Numbered from the stretch's first letter, positions 12,901 to 26,810 are shown. The stretch: DNA of 64,000 bases from Octopus sinensis (GCF_006345805.1 NC_043006.1:63054001-63118000); one strand, 5' to 3'. Notes: a model not told the origin generated them from the letters alone. Made by a program: numbers and translations.

Positions 12901-13320
12901 CATAAAAGTTTTTTTTTTAAATGCAGATATCGATAAGTATATATAGATATACACAAAATATATATATAAATATATATACATGTTAAAAATTAAACATAAA
13001 ATGGGAAAATTTAAGAGTGGTTTACATACCATAAAACATTAAGGGAAAGAGATTAGTAAGCTATTAGATAATTTAAGCATGCATGCTACTATTAGGAATA
13101 AAAGTAACTAAATAATATTTTATCCATATTTTGAAAATACAGATTTGGTTTTGTGTATGCAAGAGGAATTGCGTTCATCTCTGAGGTTAAGAATAGGGTA
13201 TTTTGCAGAGAGAATAAAGAAATTCTTCATCTAAGCATAAATGACATTTTTTCATATTAATTTGATAGGAAGGTGTGAATTAATTTCACATTTCAAACCG
13301 TTCTGTATATTCCTATCTTT

Positions 13321-13900
13321 TAACCCCAACGTTACCGTCGTATATCTCCCTCATAACACTACGTCTCTTCTGCAGCCGATGGATCAGTGAATAATTGCTA
13401 TCTTCAAGTGTCAATATATGAAGCGTACGCTGTAGCAAGCAATAGTTGCAACTGATCTTGATGAGTCCATCACACTTCGTGACTTTTCGAAGTGATGCGA
13501 TATCTACAAGGCTGTACAGAACATAGCAGCGGCATGGAATGATGTGCAGAGCACGGTTATAAACGGTGTATGGAAGACGCTATGCAAGCAATTCGTGAAT
13601 GACTTAAAGGGATTTGATAATGTTGCCATCAACAAAACGTTGGTGACTATGAGCAAAAAACTGGAAATGGATTTGAAAAAGACAAGAAGCCCCTGACGAA
13701 CGAGGATTTGATAGGGCTTCATGAACAGCAAAATAAGGAAGAAGAGGAAGTCGAGCCTGAGCCACGTCACTTTGCTATTAAGAAAATGCAGCAAACATTT
13801 GCATAGATCGGAAAAGGTTTTTCTATGTTCGAAGATATGGATCCAAACGCTTTTCCAATGTTATGGGGGCTTGTCACGAAGCTTTTGCTCCTTACAATGT
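13321..13900 (+). pseudogene. Tigger/pogo-type DDE transposase C-terminal remnant
   Basis: Translation with stops: NPNVTVVYLPHNTTSLLQPMDQ*IIAIFKCQY...YKAVQNIAAAWNDV...VWKTL...LTNEDL...FEDMDPN. These are characteristic Tigger/CENP-B-family motifs (LPxNTTSxxQPMDQ, AW, LTNEDL). Confidence 0.85.
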
Positions 13901-14480
13901 TATCCTTGAGGAAAAGAAGGGGAAGACAGTTCAAGGAACTCTCAACCGTTTTTTTAAGCGCCACGAACGACAAGAACAACCAGAGTCAACTGTTGATATT
14001 GTCGATCCACAGCCATCTACATTTGCTATGTAAAGCACGAAATTGTATGTACGTATTGGTAAATTTAAAATAATTTAGCTTTTTTTTTTCTGCTATTGCA
14101 AAATAATAATAGTTGCTGAATTTGTTTTTTAAGCTTAAAAAAGCTTTCATTTTACCATGCATTTTTGCAAAACGCATTCATAAATAAAGCATCGGCAATG
14201 TAAGGTAAACACTGCCAAACTGTATTTGTAAATTTAGATTACTTCTCTTTTTTTATTGTAGTGTATTAAAAAATAAATATATATATATGTTGTAAGCTTC
14301 AAATATGTTTTTATCAACCATGTATGATTGAAAATGCATTCAGAGAAGTACAGAACTGGGAATGGTTATGATCGGTTTAGCCTAGAGACAATTAAATTTG
14401 GCCTTGCCTAGCCTAGAAAGAAGTTAATTCGACTTAAGACTTATCTCCTGGAACCGATTAATGACATAGGGTGAGGTATG

Positions 14481-14565
<85 letters not shown>

Positions 14566-14566
<1 letters not shown>

Positions 14567-15003
14567 GTATATATATATACATATATGTATATGTAATTGC
14601 CAGGTAGAAGTTACATATTGCTGCTGCTAATTCTTTCAATTGTTTTTCACGATGAAATTCCCGTAGCAATACGTGAAACATAGTTACTGTCACTGTTCTG
14701 CTGCTGAATTTTAGAATGGTTAATACTTGCTTTCCACGTGGTTTCAGATCATTTTACTTGCCAAACAGGTACATCTTTCAAAATATGTGTGTGCATGTGT
14801 GGGTGTGTGTGTCTAAGTATATAACTATGTATGAGTATATTCATAAACAGTTCATATATGTTCCTTTGTATACATGTACGAAATCACCCGCATACATTCC
14901 TGCTCACACGCACACACATACATATATATATATATGTATATATATATATTAATATATATATATATATTATATATATATGTGTGTATATATATATATATAT
15001 AAT

Positions 15004-15074
<71 letters not shown>

Positions 15075-15122
15075 GTTTATGTATATATATAATATATATA
15101 TATATATTATATATATATATAT

Positions 15123-15162
<40 letters not shown>

Positions 15163-15576
15163 GTATATATATATACATATATGTATATGTAATTGCCAGG
15201 TAGAAGTTACATATTGCTGCTAATTTCTTTCAATTGTTTTTCACGATGAAATTCCCGTAGCAATACGTGAAACATAGTTACTGTCACTGTTCTGCTGCTG
15301 AATTTTAGAATGGTTAATACTTGCTTTCCACGTGGTTTCAGATCATTTTACTTGCCAAACAGGTACATCTTTCAAAATATGTGTGTGCATGTGTGGGTGT
15401 GTGTGTCTAAGTATATAACTATGTATGAGTATATTCATAAACAGTTCATATATGTTCCTTTGTATACATGTACGAAATCACCCGCATACATTCCTGCTCA
15501 CACGCACACACATACATATATAATATATATATATATATATATAATATATATATATGTGTGTATATATATATATATT

Positions 15577-15609
<33 letters not shown>

Positions 15610-15720
15610 ATTATATATATATATATATATAATATATATATATGTTTATGTATATATATAATATATATATATAATATATATATATATAGTTTATGTATAT
15701 ATATATATATATATTACATA

Positions 15721-15770
<50 letters not shown>
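14566..15770. repeat. Tandem duplication, unit ~595 bp, bounded by (TA)n
   Basis: The ~350-bp unique core is repeated at 14566 and 15162; ORFs 14716 and 15310 share their first ~70 aa. There is one small indel difference (ATTGCTGCTGCTAATTCTTTC vs ATTGCTGCTAATTTCTTTC). Confidence 0.92.
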
Positions 15771-15775
<5 letters not shown>

Positions 15776-16199
15776 AGTCATATGTGTGTGACTACATGTA
15801 AATATTAAATTCATATTATTTCTAGCGCGGAGTTATTAAATCTGACAAGCTGATATGATTTAAGAGCAAGCGAAACAATAGGTTGGGTTGTTTATCATTG
15901 CTCCAATAGTTTCTAGTCATGTCAGTGAAATCATAAGAATCCTATTTGAAATTGCAGCAGGCTGATGCCCCCAAACACATTCATACAAACACATCACATA
16001 TATACACGCACTCAAACTACTAAGCACACAAAGACATGCACACATATTACTTTCTTGTGTTTATGAGCAAGAATACTTCTCTAAAAATTATTCGTCTTTT
16101 CCCTTGAAACAATTCCTATGACTTTGATGTAGCCCAGTCTGCTTAGGGAGTAAGGAATTAAGGTCCGAAGCATTTGAATGCGGTTGAATGGATCTCTTC

Positions 16200-16600
16200 T
16201 ACTCTGAAGATCTTGTGTTGTTCATCTTTCCCTGGTGTTTCTTACTTCCTAAACTTTGTCCGAGACATTTTCTCCTGCTCACTGTGGCCAACAAATGAAT
16301 CTCCGGTCGTAAAAATAATCCTAGTGAGTGGGAAGGAATGCAAAGTGTGAACTACCCCATGCTGGATTCTGTGCTACGGTTTCAAGCAAGGTGGAGATGT
16401 CTGCAATGATTTGTCTATGAGCTGCGTGCTATAAGAATTCTCGATCAGGGCTGATCTGAGGCTCCTTTTTTTCCAATATAGGTCACCTTGTACTTAATAC
16501 AACAAAGAGGTAGACTGTGTGGTTAGTTTATGTAATAACGTCAACTTGTATTTGTTTAAGTGCATCTTGTGCCAGACCAGACCCAATAATCTTAAAAGGG
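16200..16600 (-). pseudogene. Decayed GIY-YIG endonuclease region of a Penelope-like element
   Basis: Minus-strand frameshifted translation TNHTVYL / CCIKYKVTYIGK ... TVAQ ... HF resembles the PLE EN pattern VYxxxCxxCxxxYIG...PVAxHF. Confidence 0.45.
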
Positions 16601-17234
16601 ATAACTTTCCTCGAATAATTTCCTCCCGGATGCACATAGAACAGACAGCTATAACTCATTAAGGGATGATCTATGTCTAGACGACAACAATGAAATAAAT
16701 CTGTTTCTCCCCCGATCCTGCCATCTTTCATTCTTTAATAAAAATAGTAATTTATAACATAGATACGATGTCTACAATATAATGTAGATATGGACTCAAG
16801 GTTTGTTATAATACAAACACAATTTCCATATAATATAGAAATAAAGTCTATATTTTGATATAGAGAGTCTGTCTATATTATAACTTAGACACAAGGTCTC
16901 TATTATAACATGCACAAACTGTAGTTATATTATGATATATAAACATGGTTGTTAAATTTGGGGGACACTTACAAAGCAGATACAGAACTAATAAAAAAAC
17001 AATGCAAGAAAAATTAAGGTGGATTCATTTTATCAAATTTAAATGCTGAAAGTCAAAGTAAACGCCAAGCTGATTAAAACATGAGTTCGTTGAAGGTATG
17101 AACAAAATATTGCAACACGATCAAGTCCTACACTTCAACTAATCCACTACAAATCACTCAAATAATTGAAAAAGTTAATAAAGTTTCTAATGTAAGCTTC
17201 AAATATGAGCGACGTTGTAAGATGATACCATCGA

Positions 17235-17635
17235 CCCCAGCACTTTACTGATACGTTATTTTCCCCACCTGAAAAGATGAATGGGGAAGTTTGCCGCGAC
17301 GGGTATAAGGGGGCCGGTACAAGACTGCAAAGCATTTACTTCAACGTTTCTTCCAATTCGCCAGCCTTTTCTGAAAATATCATTATTTATGATAGTAGTA
17401 AGGCGGAGTGCTGACACAATCATTAGCACGCTATATAAATTGTTCATTGGCTTTTCGTCAATCTCCACGTTCGGATTTCAAATTCCGCCGAAGCCAACTT
17501 TGCCTTTCGTCGCTTTAGAGTCGATGAAATAAGTACCAGTTGAGCACTAGGGTTAATGTAATCGACTAGCCCCTCCTACAAATTTGCAGACCATGTACGT
17601 ATATTGGAAACGATTATTATTATTATTATTATTTA

Positions 17636-17697
<62 letters not shown>

Positions 17698-18475
17698 GTC
17701 CGTCTTTACGTTCCCAGGTTAAATTCCACCGAGGCCGACTTTGGCTTTAATCCTTTTGGGTTCGATAAAATAAGTACCAGTCAAGTATTGGGGTCAATGT
17801 AATCAACTATGCCCTAATTCCCTCAAAAGCTGCTGATCCTGTGTCAAAATTTCGAAACTGTTATCATTCGAATAAGTAAGTAGCACGCTGAACAAAATTC
17901 TTAGCGTTATTGCTTCCGCCTCTTTACGTTCTGAATTAAATCCATCGAGATCAGCTTTGCTTTTCATCGTTTTCAAAGAAGTATTAGTCGAGTATTGAGG
18001 AAATCATCTTGCTTCCTCCTCTCAAAATTTTCGGCCTTGTACCAAAATTAGAAATGAGGATGATCATTATTGAAGTAGTGGTACGGCGGCGAGCTGGCAG
18101 ACACGTTAGCACGCCGGCCGAAATTCTTGGCGGTATTTTGTCTGCCGTTACGTTCTGAGTTCAAAATCCGCCGAAGTCGACTTTGCCTTTCATACGTTCG
18201 GGGTCGATAAATTAAGTACCAGTTATGCACTGGGGCCAATATAATCGACTTAATCCGTTTGTCTGTCCTTGTTTGTCCTCTCTGTATTTAGCCCCTTGTG
18301 GATAGTAAAGAAATAGGTATTTTGTCTGTCGTTACGTTCTGAGTTCAAATTCCGCCAAGGTCGACTTTGCCTTTCATCCTTTCGGGGTCGATAAATTAAG
18401 TACCAGTCAATTACTGGGGTCTATGTAATCGATTGTCCCCCCTCCCCACAAAAATCCCGGCCTTGTGCCTATAGT
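17235..18475. mobile_element. Cluster of SINE family A copies (degenerate minus copy ~17235-17370, plus fragments ~17520-18050, dimer 18083-18475)
   Basis: Head GGCGGCGAGCTGGCAGACACGTTAGCACGCCGG, B-box-like GAGTTCAAA and core GGGGTCGATAAATTAAGTACCAG are repeated. Confidence 0.8.
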
Positions 18476-19473
18476 AGAAAGGATTATTGAAGTAGTCATG
18501 GTAGCATTGCTCTTTCTTGCAGTGCATGTCGAGATTTGAACCAGCAAATACAATTAGATTTCATGCTTGTTTATAGATACATACATAAACTCTCACGATC
18601 GATGTATTTTTCCTTAAGTTCGCTTTGGTTTTTTTTCTCTGCATGTATGTAGATTTTTACTTAAATATGGTAACTTTTTTCAAACATAGTCTTGCCTATC
18701 ATTTTTTAGCCTCGTGTAAAATATATATTTTTTTCATTTTTCAATAATATTAATATGTAAATATCTAACTCTCTATGATTCTTTTCTACTAGTCCACCTG
18801 TTACGTTATATTCTACTATACACACGTGGCCCTGTTTATTATACTATGTCTCGACCTGTTACCATTTTTATAAATATATCCGTTAGATTTTTATTCTTAT
18901 TTTTATGTTATAGTTTTCCGCACTTATAGACGTGCATACACATTGATATGTCTATCTTTTTTTCTGTTTCCTCTCTCTTACTATTGTTACTACTGTTATT
19001 TTTTCCTTTTACAACTTGCTTATAAATATTCGATTTTTTCCCTATTACCTCATTTGTATCTTATTTAATTTACTTTATTTTATTAAACTTTATTGATGAT
19101 CTTACAAAAATTCCTCACACTCATGTAAATGACAATGCATAAATTCAATTATAATTACAATGATTATTATTTTTTTCTTACATATTTGTATTGTCCTTTG
19201 AAACGCGCTTATGTATTGAATCCTATTTTGTATTAAATCTAATTTTCATTCTACTTCTTTTTCTCCTTCATTTTCCTATAATCGTTTATGGCATTTTTAT
19301 ACCTATAGCGATATTTTTCAACTACTATTTTTATATACTTATTACTTGCTCTGGCTGTTTTGTTTTATGAATATGATGAATCTTTATTAGAAATCATTCT
19401 TTCTCTCTTTTTGGACCTCTCAAAAAGTTTGAATTGGTCTCCTTTGAACGTATTTCCACCCCACTCACCCACA

Positions 19474-19538
<65 letters not shown>

Positions 19539-20376
19539 GCGTGTGTGTGTGTGTGTGTGTATATATGAAGAAGTTGTTTCATCGTACAAGCTATTGCTGT
19601 ATGTCGCAACTATGTATTATTTTGAGTAACTGTCTAGGATGGGAGATTAACGAGGGATTATTTGTATAACTCGAGCGGGAAAAAATATCATAACTTATTT
19701 TTATTGGAAATATATATCATTTAATGTTTTTCACACTCTTATATTTTCAAAAGATATCGAGCAGATGTACAGACGTACACACTCACATACTCGATGGTCA
19801 TCTATAGATCCACTCGATTACAAAATTTCGTTCACAATGAAAACACTGGACAAGGTCAATCTTAGGAACATTATTGGTCTTAAGGCACATGATTAAGGCA
19901 CCGCAATGTCACATCGAACGCAGAACGTTCTTTCTAATTTGATTAGCATACTTTCACTGACCACATGTACGTACTTAAAATTATCCTTTAAACCATTACA
20001 TATATGCGAGGTGGAGTAAGTGAGTGTGCACACACGTGTATGTTTCTTGTATATCATAATGTATGAGTTTTGAAAAATACTTTTATTTGTTTTAGCCTAA
20101 GGATGTAACCATGCTGGAGTACCAACATTGCTTGCAGCAGCAGACGGCTTTTCTTGCAGTCCTGGTGTAAAGTTCTCGCATATAGTAGAGTAAACATTAT
20201 ACGCTTTGCAAACAGTAACTGATATGGAACTCGATATGTTCAATAGAGTTGATGGATAAATTTTAATATATCAAAAATAGACAGTCGTCTCTAAGATTCG
20301 CCCTTGGCTGTTCACAGCTGTAGTGAACATGTGTGTGTGTGTAAGCGCATATAACTTGGTACTTACATATGTATAT

Positions 20377-20424
<48 letters not shown>

Positions 20425-20426
20425 AT

Positions 20427-20461
<35 letters not shown>

Positions 20462-21215
20462 CATATGTATATATATATATATATATATAAATGTACATAT
20501 GCTTATGTATACTATATGTACGTGTTTTGCGTGTGTGTGTGTGTGTAAACATCAGAGTAGGCATGACTAAGTATAGAAAAGTAGGATGGTTTCATACTCA
20601 TATACACAAAATATTTGTTGCGAAATCAAGAGTTGTAACTTTTATTTCTAAATTGACAATGATGGTTTTCGTTTCCTTCAGCAAAGTGTTCATTCGATTT
20701 CGTTTTCATCCTTTCTGAGTGTGTTTCTATGTCAACAGTAATTATTTCGAATAGTAGAGTAGGCGCTACCTTTGTCACAACATCCTATACTTTGCTTTGC
20801 AACCACATAAATTCGAGTTCATTTGTACTACACTATGTCTTCAGCTTTTTCTGCTAACATCACGTGCTCTCTAAATGAAAATTTATAGGCGAAAACTGCG
20901 GAAGTGAATCGCACATGTATGTGTGGGGGGTCTGTATGTGTCTATGTGTATGTATGTGTACATCTGTACGTGTGTGTGTACATCTGTGCGTGTGTGTGTG
21001 CGTCTGTGCGTGTTTGTGTGTGTGTGCGTGTGTGCGTTTGTGCTTGTCTGTGAAAGTGTGTGTATATGTGTATGTGCATGTGTGTACATGAGAGAGAGTC
21101 TGTGTGTGCGTGTGCTCCCAACTCCTCACTTTCACACTTTTTTCACGTACACAATACGATTACACGTACTAAAACCTCAGCCCCACATTAACCTACGTCA
21201 ATATACTCCTCATTT

Positions 21216-21685
21216 AAGGCGGCGAGCTTGCAGAAACGTTAGCACGCCGGGCGAAATGCTTTGCGGTATTTCGTCTACCGTTACATTCTAAATTCAAATT
21301 CTGCCGAGGTCGACTTTACCTTTCATCCTTTCGGGGTCGATAAATAAAGTACCAGTTACACACTGGGGTCGATGTAATCGACTTAATCTCTTTGTCTGTC
21401 CTTGTTTGTTCCCTCTATGTTTAGCCCCTTGTGGGCAGTAAAGAAATATATTTTGAAGGCGGTGAGCTGGCAAAATCGTTAGAATGCCGGGCGAAGTGCT
21501 TAGCGGTATTTCGTCTGCCGCTACGTTCTGAGTTCAAATTCTGCCGAGGTCGACTTTGCCTTTCATCCTTTCGTGATCGATAAATTAAGTACCAGTTACG
21601 CACTGGGGTCGATATAATCAACTTAATCCGTTTGTCTGTCCTTGTTTGTCTGTCCTTGGGTGTCCTCTCTGTGTTTAGCCCCTAC
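21216..21685 (+). mobile_element. SINE family A, two complete tandem copies
   Basis: The AAGGCGG(C/T)GAGC head occurs at ~21216 and ~21456, each followed by the same body and a TTTAGCCCCT tail. Confidence 0.88.
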
Positions 21686-21739
21686 AAACACATCACTACT
21701 GATTTTAATATATTAGCGGGGTAATTTGATGATTTTTGT

Positions 21740-23095
21740 TCAATACCTCGTAACTTCAGCCGGTTTCCTTCATGGGTGGTATAATATTGAATTAATGTCT
21801 AATGTAGTGTCCGAGAAATTTTCCACGTGTGTGCCATATTCAAACGTAATTCCTAAGTTGAAGCTCTTAAAAAAATTCTAATTCTTTTTCACATTCTTTC
21901 TATGACCGATTTGTTATCATCACTAGGGATAATAAATAGAGCATCATCTATATATAAACCTCCCTGCAACTCAGGGATTTTGCTATAAAGGCACTTTAAG
22001 AGATACGCACTAACTAGGTTAGTAATTTCCACCGAATCATTAGAGCCCATAGCTATATCGAAATTATCAAGGGTATCGGAACTCATCCCTAGCTTACCCT
22101 CAAATTCTATGATAGTCTTCCGGGCTAAAAGAATGTCAATTTTATCCCTAGTTAAAAGAGAGAGGTTTTTGCGAAAATTAGGGATTTGTTAAGAAGAATA
22201 AGAAATATACTAGAATACGAACTGTTAATAATCAAACTGAATAAACGAATAATTACGTATTTCAATGTATTTGAACCAATACATCATTTCATCCGTATCA
22301 ACCCATAACTTGAGAGATAGGTTAGGGATTATTAGGGGTAGTAAAGTATCCAACCTATATCGGACTTAGTCGGGCAAATCTGTCTAACAGCAGGATTATC
22401 CTAAAAGTTCTTTTTATGGTCCTTGAGGTTAATCTTTGGTTCATTTGGTTGTAAGGGTTCGGTTCTATCTGCTAGGTGATATCTCATCATATTTTTTTAA
22501 TTTCTAAGTTGATGTCCTCTGTATTAACATCCTAGGTTTTATTAGCGTCTTACCCCTTTAAGTGGTTATTAACATCATGATTTAGAGTCTTCCCCTACCC
22601 AGCCTCCTTTAATAGACAGTTACTCTATATCCAATTTATTACTCCTAATGTGTTCTTCTTTCCCTGACAAAAAGGGATACATATGATAATATGTATGACC
22701 ATACCTTGTCTTGAGCTGTCAACTCACTCTTGCCCTTCCTTCTAAACAGACATAGTCCTCTAGGCTAAGATTTAGTAGTTGATTAAAAGACAAATAAATT
22801 AGAAACTAACCACAATCCTTTACAAGCTGTGACCCCTGTGGGATTCATGCCATTCTTGGAAGTGTACTTTATTCTTAGCTACAATAGCGACAACATGAAT
22901 TTCTTCCATCTTCTTCCTCTGTTAAAGTATTTGAGAAAAATATATTAATGTGTCCAACTGGTTAAAATTCTATTCATTTGTGCAGCTGATGATAGCACTG
23001 CATTTAAATTGAAGTAATGTTTGCCTTGTTCAATTCAATGGAGTCGCTTAAAATGGTCGTACTGCATCACTTCTTGATATCTTGTTGATTGCTTT
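21740..23095 (-). pseudogene. Penelope-like element ORF remnant (reverse transcriptase region)
   Basis: Minus-strand translation has INLKDHKKNF*DNPAVRQICPTKSDIG, LWVDTDEMMYWFK, IDILLARKT, FDIAMGSNDSVEITNLV and GGLYIDDAL. These match PLE RT motifs LKDHK..F, FD.TMGS.DG.E..ELV and GLYRDDGL. Confidence 0.8.
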
Positions 23096-23250
23096 GATTA
23101 TATATATATATAAATATAATATTATATTAAATTAGAGATAAAACCACTATTAGGCGAATCATACAATGAAAAACTTAAGCCAATACATAAGATTAATTCA
23201 TTTATATTATTTAAATATATATCAAAATTATTAAAAAAGATAATTAGTAT

Positions 23251-23318
23251 AACACTACGATCGTTTCATGGCTGTCCAATTCTTAAAAATTTCGAGTTAC
23301 AGTCATTCTTCAGGTGGT
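23251..23318 (-). ncRNA. Type I hammerhead ribozyme, intact core, upstream of the PLE ORF remnant
   Basis: Minus strand: AAC-CAC, core CUGAAGA (23313-23307), stem II AUG-A-CUGU / ACAG-C-CAU (7 of 8 paired, 23-nt loop), GAA, palindromic stem III ACGAUCGU (23264-23257), GUA site at 23258-23256, then GUG-UU pairing with CAC and AA. Confidence 0.8.
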
Positions 23319-23681
23319 TTAAATATCACAGAAGCATTGAGCAAGGAACAAATATTTCAAATATAACGGGTTAAATTCCATTATCGACAACAATGATATC
23401 CTTACATTTACATTATATAGTGTAAACGCGGATGTAAAACTTAAACCAAGCCCGTTTTGAGGATTAGAATATATTTTTACCTTACTTACATAGCTATCGA
23501 CAACTTTTAGGACAACCAATTGTTTTGTTATCTACTTCTCTCTCTCTCTCTCTCTCTCTAATTTAATATAATATATTTTACTATAAAATAGGATTCAATC
23601 CTAAATCTGATTTTTCCCTGTAAGTTTGGATTTATTCCCTAATATTTTATTATATATAAATATATATACATATATATATAG

Positions 23682-23712
<31 letters not shown>

Positions 23713-23899
23713 CACGCGTGTGTGTTCATATGACGCGGTTCCTCGTCTTCCAGTGGCATGTTATGAAGCCACACCTTAGTAGTCTTGTAAGTTAAGTACT
23801 ATTATATAATGCTTCATTGTTGTTGTTTTTTACTATGCATACTACACCAGATTCGCAAGTACAGCACCTGCCACTCACGAGTGACAATGGCTTAATAAC

Positions 23900-24200
23900 A
23901 TCACCCTAGGTTGAGTTAATTTCATGATGTTCCTGTGTAGCCACCGATGAGGACACACTCTTGTTTCTGTCACACTTGATTCAATTGGTCGCATACAGAA
24001 TGCGACAGATGGAGGACGGAAACCAGCATCAGCAAACTGTTAGTACTCATTATACCTGGGTAGACTGAGGGAAGATGAATTTTTTTTTAAAAGCGTTGCT
24101 CAAGGATGCAAGATATAGATCAACAACTGATGCAGGAATTGATCTCATAGTCTCATAATTATGAGCCGAATGTCCTAACCACTAAGTGACATACCTTCAC
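23900..24200 (-). mobile_element. Degenerate tRNA-headed SINE (family C-like)
   Basis: GTTGCTCAAGGATGC...GGAATTGATCTCATAG...TCCTAACCACTAAG parallels the TTGCTCAAGAACAC...GGAATTGAAAAC...CCCTGACCACTAA stretch at 58555-58636. Confidence 0.5.
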
Positions 24201-25238
24201 TGACACCAATGAATATGTAGCACGAGAGATGGGAGTCAATATAATCGATAGATACTCTTGATAGAGGTGCAACAGTATGGCCGTAGCCCAAATATTGAAA
24301 CTGGAATTGTAATATGATGAAAATAAAGTTTCGAAAATCTGTTTACTGAATAAATATCGGATTTTTATTATTTGGTTTACTTAAATTTATATAACTTACT
24401 TTTTATCTTTGTATATCTTTTTATTCTTTGTTTATCCCTATCTCATGTTTATTTTACTGTATTTATTTACTCATACGGAAAACAATTTATTTAATGTAAT
24501 TCTGAAGCAAATTTAAATAAACTGATTTACTTATAAATGAAATTGAATCTTAAAAAGAAAAACAAAGAAGGTAATTCAGAAGTTCGTTTCAGTATATCGT
24601 TTTTCATTCAAAACCTCAAAGAGAGACTTTGAAAAGAAATATACTTTCAAATAAGAAAATTTCAAATTTCAATAAATAAATAGATAAAATGATTTCTAGT
24701 ATAGATGTGTAGGTAAGAAGTTTGCTTTGCAACCTCATGGTTCTAGATTCGATCTCAATTCTCATTATTATCAATACATATTTAGTGGAATTTTGTAAAG
24801 GGAAATTGAAGAAGTCTGTTGAACAAAATGTGTGTGGTTTTTGGTATATATCAGTGAAGGATATAAACGTCATCGAAAAATCCAGTGTCTTACAAGTGAA
24901 AATCCTTCAGATATTTATTTTGCATCGAATTAAATAAACTCGCTTGTTCTTATCACAATCAGAAATGCAATGAACCAGTAATTGATTCGTTAGAAACCTT
25001 TAGCCAACGACGTTGTTATTGACCAATTGAGATATAAAATTTCAAAAGAAAATAACTATATAAAAAAAAGACATAAATGTGAAATAGAAATAATAGAAGT
25101 ATTTTAATACCTTGATCAATTCAGAGACTTCCAATTTATTTCTAATTAACTACCTACCTCATTTCTATTACTGGAATATTGGAAATTTGTTGTTATCTGT
25201 TTCATATATATATATATATATGATATATATATATATAT

Positions 25239-25276
<38 letters not shown>

Positions 25277-25289
25277 CAGATAACAAAAA

Positions 25290-25331
<42 letters not shown>

Positions 25332-25461
25332 ATATATATATTATATAGATATATATATATATTATATATATATATAATATATAATATATTTATATACATA
25401 TATATATATAAATTATATATATATATACATACATATATATAAATTATATATATATACATAC

Positions 25462-25513
<52 letters not shown>

Positions 25514-25516
25514 ATG

Positions 25517-25569
<53 letters not shown>

Positions 25570-25691
25570 TATATAATATATTATATATATATATATATAT
25601 AACCTTTTCGTTTTTCTCCCCCTTCAGTACTCCCATCTTATAATAATAAAGAGATATAATAAATAAGAACACATTTAATATTATTTAATGG

Positions 25692-26100
25692 TAAGGCGGT
25701 GAGCTGGTAGAAACGTTAACACGCCGGGCGAAATGCGTAGCCGTATTTCGTCTGTCGTTACGTTCTGAGTTCAAATTCCGCCAAGGTCGACTTTGCCTTT
25801 CATCCTTTCGGGGTCGATTAAATAAGTACCAGTTACGCACTGGGGTCGATATACTCGACTTAATCTGTTTGTATGACCTTGTTTGTCCTCTCTGTGTTTA
25901 GCCCCTTGTGGGTAGTAAAGAAATAGGTATTTCGTCTGCCGCTACGTTCTGAGTTCAAATTCCGTAGACTTGGCCTTTCATGATTTCGAGGTCGATAAAT
26001 AAGTACCAGTCAATTACTGGGATGGATATAATCGACTTAATCCCTTTGTCTGTCCTTGTTTGTTACCTCTATGTTTAGCCCCACTGAGGGCAATAAAAAA
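25692..26100 (+). mobile_element. SINE family A dimer (full unit plus head-truncated unit)
   Basis: The AAGGCGGTGAGCTGGTAGAAACG head is at 25693; the second unit starts at GTATTTCGTCTGCC after the AGTAAAGAAATAG tail. Confidence 0.85.
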
Positions 26101-26713
26101 ATAAATATTATTTAATGGTGAAAATGAATTTTATTCTTTGAATGTGCACAAGTGAAGAGATAGATACATATATTTTGTGCTTGTGTTCATATGTGGTTAC
26201 AACTTGAAATATATATATATATATATATATGCATGCGTACACTTGCGCGCGTATGTTTATGCACTTGTACATGTGAGTGCTGTTTATTTGCATTTAGATC
26301 CATGGTAGGCCCCTAAAGGAACATCATGGAACGTAGCAGGAAGGATTCAAAAGTAGTCACTTGTACTAATATGTAATCCAAAATGAATTATTCTGATAGT
26401 AAATTGTAAGAAAATATATGAAAGTAGATAAATGACAAAGGAACGGGAAATTATGCAATAAACTTCATTAGCTTACATCTGTTTCTGGTAGTAGGTGTGG
26501 TGCACTCAGACCTCAATAGCTGTGCATCATCTATAATTTCCCCAGTGTTTCTAGTTCGTTTGTCTTTTATGTACTTTCATGTTCTGTACTCACCTAACGC
26601 TTTATTCTGAAACATATGTACATTCAATTCTAATACTGGGTTACTATCACTATGCCTAAGCAAAATATTGATATATGTACATACATACAAATATATAGAT
26701 ACATACATATATA

Positions 26714-26810
<97 letters not shown>

